This document shows, piece after piece, positions 1 to 10,968 of a stretch of DNA of 64,000 bases. A model generated the notes under the pieces. The model searched no databases. It was not told the origin of the DNA and worked only from the letters and a program-made list of their open reading frames with translations. Position 1 is the first letter of the stretch. Each line of letters begins with the position of its first letter. The position numbers were made by a program, and so were the translations under genes. The DNA lies in the NCBI GenBank assembly GCA_951406725.2, contig OX597817.1:76694001-76758000 (forward strand), in the 5' to 3' direction. This DNA comes from Octopus vulgaris (Eukaryota).

Positions 1-47
1 TTTTCTTTCCTTTAAAAATCGATACGAACTTTCCTGACAACCCAATA
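1..47. mobile_element. Terminal inverted repeat end of a mariner-type DNA transposon (cut by window edge)
   Basis: ...gatacgaactttcctgacaacccaa+TA resembles a mariner terminus (reverse complement TA-ttgggttgtcaggaaagttcg). Only one end is visible. Confidence 0.5.
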
Positions 48-789
48 CTATTGTTTATTCTCCTTGTATGAACATTTCAGCATCAAGTCCAACCGCAGCT
101 TCATAAAAGGGCTCACTCGCAGTTTCATGTATCTAAGATGATCATATTTTACCTCAAGTAAACCAAACAACTGCTGCATTTCGATCATACACTGTGACTT
201 GATTGTCCGACACAAACAACAGGTCATTCGATGTTTATTTCAAAGTTGATTCATCTGTAAAACTATTTTTCCTATTCTTTGATATATGTAATCTTCAAAA
301 AGGTCAATACGAAACATGTCTAATGAACTTGAAAAACAACAAAGTTGTGGTATATTATCAAATACATGTCTAAACTCCTCACCGGATTGAATGCGTAGAT
401 CTAACTTCGATCAAGCATATCTGACATTCTTGATCATTTTATGAAAGATTAACCATTGTACTTAAAATTTTCACAGCCAATGATGTTAAAACTTGTTGCA
501 CATTACTAAGGGGAACAGTAACCTTAGAAAAAAATAGCTATATCTGTGAAGGATGCTCTTATACAAACAAGTACACACGCAGTATATGTAATTTACATAC
601 ATACACACATACATACATATATACACACATACATACATGCATTCATGCACATATGTACATATATAACATGTTACATATCATAAATACTATGTATATTACA
701 TAATATGTATATATATATGCATATATATATATGTGTATGTATATCTATCTATCTATATATGTATAAATGTGTGTGTGTATGTGTGTGTG

Positions 790-920
790 TGCTTGTGTGT
801 TTGTGTTTGTCCCCCACCATCGCTTGACAACCGATGTTGGTGTGTTCACGTCCCGTAACTTAGCGGTTCGGCAAAATTGACCGATAGAATAAGTGCTAGG
901 TTTACAAAGAATAAATCCTG
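790..920 (+). mobile_element. SINE family A, 3' half fragment
   Basis: gtgtttgtcccccaccatcgcttgacaaccgatg...gatagaataagtgctaggtttacaaagaataaatcctg matches the 3' half of the full copy at 5621-6034. Confidence 0.85.
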
Positions 921-1194
921 ATGTGTGTGTATATATACACACACACATGCAATATATGTAATTTTCATACATACATACAAGGTTGATGAATGATATACCC
1001 AAATTTTATGCAGCCAAGCTTCTATAAAGCTGAAGGGAAATCGGTTAATAGGAAATGGAAAATTGATGAAAAGCAGAAGCCCCACTTTCAGAAATCGAAA
1101 ATAAAATCAGACTGTTATAAAGAAGGAATGGAAGATAAGTAAACCAGAGCTATTGGATATATAAAAGCTAACACTATGGTCTTCTTCAAACTAA

Positions 1195-1590
1195 CTCTTT
1201 TACTCTTTTACTTGTTTCAGTCATTTAACTGAGGCCATACTGGAGCATCGCCTTTAGTCGAGCAAATCGACGACAGGACTTATTCTTTGTAAGCCTAGTA
1301 CTTATTCTATCGGTATCTTTTGCCGAACCGCTAAGTTACGGAGACGTAAATACACCAGCATCGGTTGTCAAGCGATGTTGGGGGGACAAACACAGACACA
1401 CAAACATATATATACACACACACACATATTTATAAACGACGGGCTTCTTTCAGTTTCCGTCTACCAAATCCACTCGCAAGGCTTTGGTCGTCCCGAGGCT
1501 AGAGTAGAAGACACTTGCCCAAGGTGGCACGCAGTGGGACTGAACCCGGAACCAAGTGGTTGGTGAGGAAGCTACTTACCACACAGCCTT
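1195..1590 (-). mobile_element. SINE family A (tRNA head, CORE-like motif, internal microsatellite), near full length
   Basis: Reverse complement of the 5621-6034 copy, including the B box and the ccttgggcaagtg motif. Confidence 0.9.
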
Positions 1591-1599
1591 ACGAAAATC

Positions 1600-1940
1600 T
1601 TCTTCGGCACAACAAGAGGGGTCCACTGTTTGAAGGAAATAGCTCACTGGCTGACTGTAGGTACTCCCAAAATAAATGAAATATTAAATAAATAATTCCA
1701 AAGTATTTTCACTTCTGCAATGAGACGTATGCAAACAAGTAAGCCTGCTGCGTGCTTCAACACCTCAGTTGAACCTCCTGCAATATGCAACTTGGTGTTA
1801 TGAAATAATAATTCCCAGTTTAAAAAGAAACGTTTTTTTAAACGAATGCTGAGCACCAGCAATCATTTATGGTTCTGAAATGGGAACCCCAATATTACAG
1901 ATGGAAAAGAAACTCGTAGCGCGTCAATACAAAATGGTAA
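1600..1940 (+). pseudogene. Decayed RTE-clade LINE RT C-terminal relic
   Basis: Frameshifted peptides LKKKRFF..., YGSEMGTPILQMEKKLVARQYKM resemble RTE 'YGSETW...EKKL..AQRKMER'. Confidence 0.55.
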
Positions 1941-1964
1941 GTTGAATGTTCGGCATGACAAAAA

Positions 1965-2390
1965 ATCGTAAAAGCAATCATAAAAGGGTGGAGAATTGAT
2001 GGTGGCCAACAATATTCTTACACAACCTAAAAAGAATTGCATGTGTAAAGGAACGGACTGCAGAGCATGTCGTTACATAAAATAAGGTAAAAACAATCAT
2101 TTGGGAATGGGAACGGGTAGCAGCAAATGATATTCTAAGTGAACATACCGTAAAAATAATCATATGGGTAGAGAATTGATAAAGGCAGACGACAATCTCA
2201 CATAATATACCGCAAAAACAGTTGTATGGATTGAGAAAGGATGGTTGACAGACTATAACCATACTCTACATAACGTAAAAACAATGATATGAGTAGGGAA
2301 TGGATGAAGGCAGACGATCTTCTGACATAACACAAGGTAAAGGCAATCATATGGAAAGAGAACTGATTTTGGTAGGCAATATCTTTACTG
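1965..2390. repeat. Degenerate ~55-60 bp tandem repeat (about 7 units)
   Basis: Recurring unit aaaa(c)aatcatatgggtagagaattgatNaaggcagacgacaatct...cataa. Confidence 0.65.
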
Positions 2391-3156
2391 CTTTAAGAAA
2401 AGAGAAAATGGATACGGGAAACAGATATTAACAAAACAGACAGCTGCTGGGTAGAAATTATCCCGGAACGGTGGCTAATGACTGGGAGAAATAATCAAGC
2501 GGACAACGTTAAGACATGACATAGTGAGACTGGCAAATTCTTGACTACTGTCAACTAGCAACGTCAATGGAGACGTCAGAAGAAATGACAACGGTATGCT
2601 GATGATTTTATTCAGCAGAAATTAACAATAGTTAACAATAACAACTACAACAGCCATAAGGACAAAACTGTTGTCTAAGACTATATAAAAAAAAGAAGCA
2701 CAAAAGAATAACGCAACGAATCCCCAAACCAACCCCCACAATCAGAGCAAATCATAAACAGAAGCAACAAATACTGCCACGAGGAACATTGAGGTACTGT
2801 AAAACCCACACACGAAACTTTTGAAAACATAATAATAATTATCTTTTCTTTAATATTAATAATTTAAATGTTTTTATTCATTGATCATCTGGTGCTACCA
2901 TAGTAACGTAACAGCGTGTTTTGTTTTTTATATCGCCTCTTTTTTTCTTATTTTTTCCTTTTTTTTCTTCTTTATTTTTCTACTGCAGTTTTATTAAAGA
3001 GATGAATGTCTTGAATTTGCTATTGAACAAACGAAACCATTTCAACTTGAAGACTTCTGAGATTAAATGTTAGCTTAATGGCATTGATAACTATGTAAAT
3101 AAGGTCTCGTTCATTCATAGTGTATTACCCTTTTTCTCTGCTATTATCATAGTAGA

Positions 3157-3157
<1 letters not shown>

Positions 3158-3240
<83 letters not shown>

Positions 3241-3302
3241 CGTCGTCGTCGTCGTTATTGCTGTTGTTGCCGTTGTTGCTGTTATTGTTGGTGTTGTTGT
3301 TT
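3158..3302. repeat. Compound trinucleotide microsatellite (ATT)n(GTT)n(GTC)n
   Basis: Directly visible. Confidence 0.97.
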
Positions 3303-3879
3303 TCTTTCCCGTGAGATGGACCATAAAATCTCTTCCGAATCATGAAATTAAAAGAACCAGACCTATTACATGGTCACACCCAACAAATCTTACTCATTTC
3401 GTACGATTAGCAATGGTTTGTCACGATATCTTCGGTAAAAAAAAACAAAAAAACTGTATATTGGGGAAAAAAAAGAGACAATAAATGTAAAAGAAAAAGG
3501 TCAAAAAGAAATGTGGACCAACAGAAAAAAAAATTAATATCAACAAAATAAAGTAAAATAAAAATGATATAGAATGATAATAAAAAAGAAATTGCCTTAG
3601 GAAATGGCTGCTAAATACACGTCTGGCGGTTTCCATCAGAACGCTTTCATTGTTATGAAAACAGGATAATGTAACAATAGCAATTGCGATGGAAACAATA
3701 ACAATGTTAAACGACCAAGTGAAAGTGCTTCTATGAGGTCGTTCGACTGTTCTTCTTCAAATGGTTTGGCTTGGAGGTAGGCGTTTCACCCATAGATGAC
3801 GCAGGCCACACTGAAGGCCGGTGATACTAATACGGTGTGTCTCAACAGCAAGTTGGCGGCTGCAAAAAATTATAAGTAA

Positions 3880-4271
3880 TCTCTATATATATAAATTTGA
3901 AATTGTCTGTGTATGGCAGGTTTGGTAGCCTTCAACTAACACTATCTCCTCCGAGACTCTGCGGCGCAAGTTGACAAAAATTGAGAGTATGGTAGAAGAA
4001 GGCTTGCTCTTCCTTTCGTAGGAGAAAAACTTCAAATCGGACCATGTAAACACTAAAAATTATTTACACCAAAAAGGTGCTTTTTTTCTATGAAAATCCT
4101 TATTTTTTACGATTGTTTAACTGCTGTGTCGCCATTTTTCGGTGTATTTCAACCAGAAAAACTTTCACTTAAAGAGAATAACAAGCTACAAAATGCAAAA
4201 TTTTTACTTTTCAAAAATTCCAATTCTAAAGGGCCGAAGCAAACCTGAGCAACGCCGGGCAATACTGCTAG
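3880..4271 (+). mobile_element. Non-autonomous Helitron-like element
   Basis: 5' a|TCtctatatatataaatttgaaattgtctgt; 3' imperfect hairpin cctgagcaacgccgggc followed by CTAG at 4268-4271. No TSD. Confidence 0.75.
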
Positions 4272-5276
4272 CAAACGAATAAGGTGCATGGAGAGAATTC
4301 CGTGGGGTTGAAAGATCTGTGGCAGAGGGACTGGGAGAAATGATTAATGCGGTGACCGAATATGAGGGATGCAATATGTGTGACGGCAAGAAGAGAGATA
4401 AGTGACTCAGTAGGGGTAATGCCTGAGTAGGAGGGACACAATGTGGGTGGCAGTAGAAGAAAAGGGGAGTGAGCTGCTAGTAGAAGTGCCTGAGTGTGAG
4501 GGATACATTCTGGGTGGCGGTAGGAGGAGATGTAAATGAGTCGACTGTGGTACTGTCGACTGTAGAAGAGGAGACGGCACGAGACACAACCAAGTCAGCG
4601 GAGCAGAGGTCGTTATAGTATTAGTAGAAAAGGCAGGGGAAGGAGATATCACGTTTGCGATTCAGAGTCTGGTGTGTGTTCGCGGGAGACATCACGTTAT
4701 TCGTTTTACTGATATTTTATTAGATTCAGTCTTGATCGTATGTATATGTACACAGCAGCAACACTGGCCTGAAATGGTGATGGTGGTGGTGTTGGTGGAT
4801 AGCATTTCATCGTGGCTTTCGCTTGAAGTTTGTAATTTTTTTTCTTTTGTAATAGAGGTTAAATATCCGCACGCTCAAGTCACACACTTATCGTCTTCAA
4901 AAGAGGAAGAATACGCTAGGTAATGGCCTTCGAGATATATTGCGTCTGAAAAAACAAAAACGAAAACAAAGGACTTGGTCACAGATGAAATTCCATTTGA
5001 TGGTCGATGTACTAATTGCAGCTTGACTAGGGATTAAATAACAATAATTTTTAAATAAGTGAAATGCACACAAAACAACAACAACAACAACTCTCGTAAA
5101 TAAAATACCAACAACTACAATTGCAACCATCGCAGTAGCACATATGCATCAATAAAAACAGAAATAGTAGTCTTGCGCCGTCCTTCATTCCATGTAGTGG
5201 AACAGGAAAAGGCAAAATTTCTGCTATCTATTGCTTTTCTTTTTCCTTCATAATTAAAATAATGCGTGGCTTTGCA

Positions 5277-5418
5277 AAGCTACGATGGGCCGGTCATGTC
5301 GCAAAGTTCACAGACAATCGATGGACCCGTGCAGTTGCGTAGTGGTACCCACGCGAACGGGAGTGATCACTCGGAAGACCTCCAATCAGGTGGGAAGATG
5401 ATTTAAGAAAAATGTTTG
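5277..5418 (+). pseudogene. RTE-clade LINE 3' ORF relic
   Basis: Translates KLRWAGHVAKFTDNRWTRAVA*WYPRERE*SLGRPPIRWEDDLRKMF, the typical RTE C-terminal RWAGH...GRP..RW.D motif, with two stops. Confidence 0.85.
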
Positions 5419-5620
5419 TCACACGCTGATGACGGGTAAATATCCAGAAACTCGGGTCCGTGTGTATCACGTCAGGTTGGAGATGGGAACCATGACTTCA
5501 CTTTGCAAATACTGATAGGGCACAGACAGTGTGTCAATAGCCAGCTGGAGGAGATGTCTTCCTGGGACTACAAGCTACAGTAGCTTAGACCCTTAAAGAT
5601 TAGCTACATTTAGGTGGCAT

Positions 5621-6034
5621 TTGGCGCAGGAGTGGCTGTGTGGTAAGAAGCTTGCTTCCCAACCACATGTTTCCGGGTTCGGTCCTACTGCGTGCTACCT
5701 TGGGCAAGTGTTTTCTGCTATAGCCGCGGGCCGACCAAAGCCTTGTGAGTGGATTTGGTAGACTGAAACTGAAAGAAGCCTGTCGTATATGTATATATAT
5801 ATGTATGTATATATATGCATGTATGTGTTTGTTGTTTGTGTCTGTGTTTGTCCCTCCACCATCGCTTGACAACCGATGCTGGGGTGTTTACGTCCCCGTA
5901 ACTTAACGGTTCGGCAAAACTGACCGATAGAATAAGTACTAGGCTTACAAAGAATAAGTCCTGTCGTCGATTTGCTCGACTAAAGGCGGTACTCCAGCAT
6001 GGTCACAGTCAAACGACTGGAACAAGTAAAAGAG
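5621..6034 (+). mobile_element. SINE family A, full length
   Basis: tRNA-like head with A box (tggctgtgtgg) and B box (ggttcggtcct), CORE-like accttgggcaagtg, internal (TA)n/(TG)n, and tail ...cagcatggtcacagtcaaacgactggaacaagtaaaagag. Confidence 0.9.
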
Positions 6035-6265
6035 ATATTCACGACCCTTGAAATTTGTGGTGAAGACGCTAGTGGATTGGTTCAACACCTTTGTTCAGTT
6101 AGTAATTATTTCATCAACACCAAAAAGAGAAAAGGCAGAGTCGACCTTGGCGGAATTTGAACACCGGAAGAGATGCTGGTAAGCATTTTGTATGGTGCAG
6201 ATAAGGACTCTGCTCATTCGCCGCTTTAGTAACAAGTATATAATGGTACCAATTTTGTGTATAGG

Positions 6266-6309
<44 letters not shown>

Positions 6310-6318
<9 letters not shown>

Positions 6319-6535
6319 GTTTTTTGTTTGTGTCTGTGTGTGTCCCTCCACCATCGCTTGACAAAGGATGCTGGTGTGTTTACGCTCCCGTCATTTAGCT
6401 GTTCGGCAAAAAGAGAACGATAGAATAAGTACTAGGCTTACAAAGAATAAGACCTGGGGTCGATTTTGTTCGACTAGAGTTGGTGCTCCAGCATGACCGC
6501 AGTCAAATGACTGAAACAAGTAAAAGAGTAAAAGA
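6310..6535 (+). mobile_element. SINE family A, 3' half
   Basis: Matches the 3' half of 5621-6034 and begins at the microsatellite. Confidence 0.85.
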
Positions 6536-6744
6536 TGAATAACGTGGTGGAGAATAGATAGGGCATGAGAGGACTGGAGCAAACACTGTGGCCAGTGGAG
6601 CCCACTCGGTGACAGATAACCTGACCAATCCAGATGATCGAGGCGACTAAAATGATAAATGTGATAGGTTACGTTATATAGTTCATATGAGATATTTATT
6701 TTTCTGAGAATTACGTCTTTCGTCGGAAACCCTACATAATATTA

Positions 6745-7140
6745 ACTTCAAATTTTGGCACAAGGTCAGCAAGTTCGGGGGCGGGGTGTAAATCGATTTC
6801 ATCTATCCCAGTGCTCAGCAGGTAATTATTTTATGACCCCGAAAGGATGAAAGGCAAAGTCGATCTTGGCGGAATTTGGACTCAGAACATAATGACGACG
6901 AAATACCTATTTTTTTTACTACCCACAAGGAGATAAACACAGAGTGGACAAACAAGGATAGACAAACGGATTAAGTCGATTACATCGACCCCAGTGCGTA
7001 ACTGGTACTTAATTTATCGATCCCGAAAGGATGAAAGGCAAAGTCGATCTCGGCGTAATTTGAACTCACAACGTAACGGCAGACGAAATACGGCTACGCA
7101 TTTCGCTCGGCGTGCTAACGTTTCTGCCAGCTCGCCGCCT
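6745..7140 (-). mobile_element. SINE family B (tRNA head + Meta-like domain), two tandem or nested copies
   Basis: Reverse complement of ggcgagctggcagaa(t)cgttagcacg...gagttcaaattccgccgaggtcgactttgcctttcatcctttcggggtcgataaa. The gcctttcatcctttcggggtcgataaa..agtacc segment resembles the MetaSINE domain (from memory). Confidence 0.88.
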
Positions 7141-7169
7141 TAATAACCTTAAGTAATACTAATATTTAA

Positions 7170-7380
7170 GATGAGGCAGAAAGCTTGTAGAATTGTAAGC
7201 ACGCCGCGGAAAATGCTTAACGACATTTCACCTGTCTTTAATTTCTGAGTTGAAATTCTGCTGAGGTCAACTTTACATTTCATCTTTTCGGAGATTATAA
7301 AATAAGTACTGGGATCAATCTAATCTACCTATACCCTCCCCTAAACTTGCTGGCCTTCTGCCAAACTTTCAAACTTTGTA
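7170..7380 (+). mobile_element. SINE family B copy
   Basis: Diverged copy: gagttgaaattctgctgaggtcaactttacatttcatcttttcg, tail cttgctggccttctgccaaactttcaaac. Confidence 0.8.
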
Positions 7381-7993
7381 ACCAGTTTTAATTATTAAAA
7401 TAACAAAAGATCTATTGAGTGAAATCAACCAAAAATCTCTATATTCTTAACATAATTTTTACACCCTGCCACACGGAATAAAAATGGATTTAAAAGTAAT
7501 ATTTTTCAAGACCCCTTTCTCAGCAATGAATCTATTGAAACAAGTGGATCGAATGTTTTGCACTTGCTGAAAACGAAAGCAAAAACAAAAAATAACAATG
7601 GTCTGTTGCTATGGTTTTCGTGTTGATGAGCAAATTGCAGCGATTAACAATATTCTTTGTTTTAGTCTTTAATTATTATTATGGTTTTTATTGTTATTCT
7701 TTTCAATGTTGTTGTTATTCATTTCATTGTTTCTATTAGAAAATTTTATAACGTTCTTTGTGGTTATTATTGTCGTTGTTGATGTTGTTATTCCTGTCGT
7801 TGCTGTTGATAGTTATTTTCCTTTTCTTTGTTGTTTACTCTGGCTGTTGCTTTTCCCAACTTAGAATATTTCTCTGCGATTGTAAATACGATATTTTTTG
7901 TTGCCTCGTTCATTCACAGCCAATTGCACCATGTTCTTTTTTTTGCATTTCTTTCGCTATTATTATGGTTGATATTAATTACTCTTACTATTA

Positions 7994-8570
7994 AGGCGGC
8001 GAGCTGGCAGAATCGTTAGCATGCTGGGCAAAACGCTCAGCGACAATTTATACGTTCTGAGTTTAAATGCCGCCGAGATACACTTCAAATCTTATTGTTA
8101 TGGAACCAATAAAATAAGTACCAGCTGAACACCAGTGTGATGGATTAAGTTATTTAGTTCATATGAACTATTTAATTTTCTTAGAAATACGTCTTTCGTC
8201 GGTAACTCTATATAATATTGACTTCAAATTTTGGCACAAAGCCAGCAAGTTCGGGTGCGGAGTGTAAATCGATTACATCGACCCCAGTGCTCGACTTAAT
8301 TCCACCCTTGAAATTGCTGGCCTTGTGCCTAAATTTGAAAATATTAATTACTGTTACTATAGGCAGAATTATTGGCGCATCGGACAAAATGCTTAGAGGC
8401 ATTTCTTTTAGTTCTTTATATTCCGAGTTCAAATCACGCCAAGGTCGATTCTGCCTTTCATCCTATAGGATTGGATAAAATAAAATGCCTGACGTCAAGT
8501 ACTGGGATCAATGTAATCGACTCGACTCTCCCTTTCAAAATTGCTGGTCTTGAGCCAAAAATCTAAAGTA
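7994..8570. mobile_element. Cluster of SINE family B copies and fragments on both strands
   Basis: Heads at ~7995 and ~8362 (+); reverse 3' fragment at 8220-8290. Confidence 0.8.
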
Positions 8571-8581
8571 ATTATTGTTAA

Positions 8582-8743
8582 AGGTGTAGCATTGGCTGTG
8601 TGGTATGTTGCTTGCTCACTAACCACATGGTTCCGGGTTCAGTCCCACTGCGTGGCACCTTGGGCAAGTGTCTTCTGCCATAGCCTCGGGCCGACCAAAG
8701 CCTTGTGAGTGGATTTGATAGACGGGAACAAAGAAGCCCGTCG

Positions 8744-8817
<74 letters not shown>

Positions 8818-9032
8818 TGTGTGTGAGTGTTTGTGTGTCTGTGTATGTCCCCCCACGATCGCTTGACAACCGATGCTGGTGCGTTAACGTCCCCGTAACT
8901 TAGCGGTTAGGCAAAAAAGACCGATAGAATAAGTACTAGGCTTAAAAAGAATAAGCACTGGGGTTGATTTGTTCGACTAAAGGCAGTGCTCCAGCTTGGC
9001 AGCAGTCAAATGACTGCAACAGATAAAATAAA
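8582..9032 (+). mobile_element. SINE family A, full length, with expanded (TA)n(TG)n
   Basis: All family A modules present; followed directly by a SINE B head at ~9033. Confidence 0.9.
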
Positions 9033-9220
9033 AGGCAGCGAGCTGGCAGAAACATCTGCATGTCGGGCAAAATGCTTAGCGGCATTTTCACCTTTACGTT
9101 ATGGGTTCGCATTCCACCGAAGTTGATCTAACTTTTCATTCTTTCGGGGTCGATGAAATATCTACCATTCAACATACCTCTTCCCGTAAAATTTCAAGCA
9201 TTGTGCCTATAATAGAAAGG
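9033..9220 (+). mobile_element. SINE family B copy
   Basis: ggcagcgagctggcagaa...cttttcattctttcggggtcgatgaaata...aatttcaagcattgtgcct. Confidence 0.8.
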
Positions 9221-9510
9221 ATTGTTGCTATTTGTTTTTCTCGTTGATGATGATGATGATGATGATTTGGATTTTTTTCAGTGTATTCGCCGTAAGAGTT
9301 TTGCAACCAAAGTCATAGCCATCTATGTTCTTAATATATTATAACTCTGATAATAATTGTATTAACAAGAGTCCCAGAACTGGAGGAGCTGGCAGAAAGG
9401 CATACGCTTATTTTTCTTCTTTTACTTGTTTCAAACACTGGACAGCGGCCATGCTGGGGCTACCGTCCTGAAAGGTTTTGTCGAACAGATCAACCACAGT
9501 ACATGTTACA

Positions 9511-9541
<31 letters not shown>

Positions 9542-9562
9542 GCACACACACACACAATATAT

Positions 9563-10182
9563 GTGTTTTAACTACAGTATTAGAACGTTTTAGCTCTTAT
9601 TTCTAGCAATGTAGGTGTTCTAACACCCTAATCATATTTAGTATCAATTATAGTTTTCCTTTTTGGTAAAACATTGCGCACTGCTGTCTATATTAATTTT
9701 TTGTATACAACAGTGGTTCCCAACCTTTTCCCTGCCAAGGACCCCTTTTAATTAAATGAGGATATTGAAAGGTCTGTCAGCTTAACGGATCCCCAGTACT
9801 ACCTTTGCGGACCACCAGATGTCCGCGGACCACAGGCTGAGAACCAACAGTGTACAAATTAGCGATTCGCTAAATCATCCATAGATTTTATGGTGAAGAC
9901 GTACTGACAGAGAATTAAATCCGGTATCAGCCGAGTCAAGCGGTCGCTGCTGATGAGGCCACGGAATTAACCCAAAATAACCGATCAGTATTCTTGACCG
10001 GTGCTTTCGGTCGATTACAGTCCCTGTCAGTACATATGTATGCAATTACGTGTTTTAACTGCAGCATTAGAGGTGTTTAGCTCTTATTTCTAGCACCGTA
10101 GGTGTTTCTAACACCCTCGTCATATTCAGTGACAATTATATTTTTCTTTTTAGTAAGCATTGCACATGGCTGCCTATATTAA

Positions 10183-10186
<4 letters not shown>
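9563..10186. mobile_element. Non-coding element with ~130-bp terminal direct repeats (Penelope-like/retrozyme-like)
   Basis: 9563-9697 is repeated at 10050-10186; the same sequence recurs in inverted form at 24190-24380; internal gtactgacag...ctgtcagtac inverted repeat and a CTGATGAG motif. Confidence 0.55.
9711..9849. mobile_element. hAT-family MITE
   Basis: TIRs cagtggttcccaacc / ggctgagaaccaaca (imperfect), with 8-bp TSD gtatacaa (9703-9710) / gtgtacaa (9850-9857). Confidence 0.75.
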
Positions 10187-10240
<54 letters not shown>

Positions 10241-10244
<4 letters not shown>

Positions 10245-10792
10245 TATAAAATTAGTGTACATTTATACACAAAAGAGGTGACCCTGAACAGGACACCTTG
10301 CATGCTAAAAGGAACAGTCAAAGTCCAAACAACGGTTAAGAGCAATTTCGAAGGGGATTAAAAATAAAAACATTTTCAATAGTTACAACTTGTACCTAGA
10401 TTTCGAACATTAATGAACAAATAAAATAATTTGTTATCCGTGTCCTGCATCAGCAAGGGCGCTAATTATTAACGTATAATTATGGGACAAACAAAGAGCA
10501 CATGTCACATTTTTATACATTATAATTTTCCCGATCCACCGCGCAAGCGCAGTTATAGTCGGCATCAGATAAACATTTACGTGCCGACTTTCTTCAAAAT
10601 TACTAAAATCATATTAAGAAAATATATGTAGGGTAGAAGAATTTGAGAAATTTTCTACCGGTGGCTAGCATGCATAAAATAGTCAATAGACAACATATTT
10701 ATCATATAAAATTAGTGGACATTTATACACAAAAGAGGTGACCCTAAACAGGACATACTAGCTACTGGTAGAAAATTTCTCTAATTCTTCAC
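10241..10792 (-). mobile_element. Non-coding Penelope-like/retrozyme-like element (460-bp period, terminal inversion)
   Basis: 10242-10295 is repeated at 10702-10755; 10757-10792 is an inverted copy of 10632-10670; flanked by (TA)n; contains a hammerhead-like motif. Confidence 0.6.
10389..10457 (-). ncRNA. Degenerate type I minimal hammerhead ribozyme
   Basis: Minus strand: CUUG-CUGAUG(c)A-GGACA...UGUUC-GAAA-UCUAGG-UA-CAAG. Stems I and II pair and stem III is near-palindromic; one extra base in the core. Confidence 0.55.
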
Positions 10793-10804
10793 TATATATA
10801 TATA

Positions 10805-10968
10805 AGTGCAACCACACCTCCAGCCAAAAACTGCTCCCTAAGCAGGAAAATTCTTTTTTAGCCATGTTGAACATGGCAAAAGAGATACACAAAAACATTC
10901 TAGCCATCACTCAACACCATCCTATGCTATTACCCCAGTGCACCAATTCCCCACATTGCTGCCACTAA
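10805..10968 (+). CDS. Putative C-terminal remnant of LINE ORF1
   Basis: Open frame ...QENSFLAMLNMAKEIHKNILAITQHHPMLLPQCTNSPHCCH* (TAA at 10966-10968) overlapping ORF2. Identity is inferred from position only. Confidence 0.55.

Noticed and set aside
5621-5700. tRNA-like sequences with A and B boxes
   Set aside because: These are SINE heads: no complete cloverleaf, and they continue into SINE bodies.
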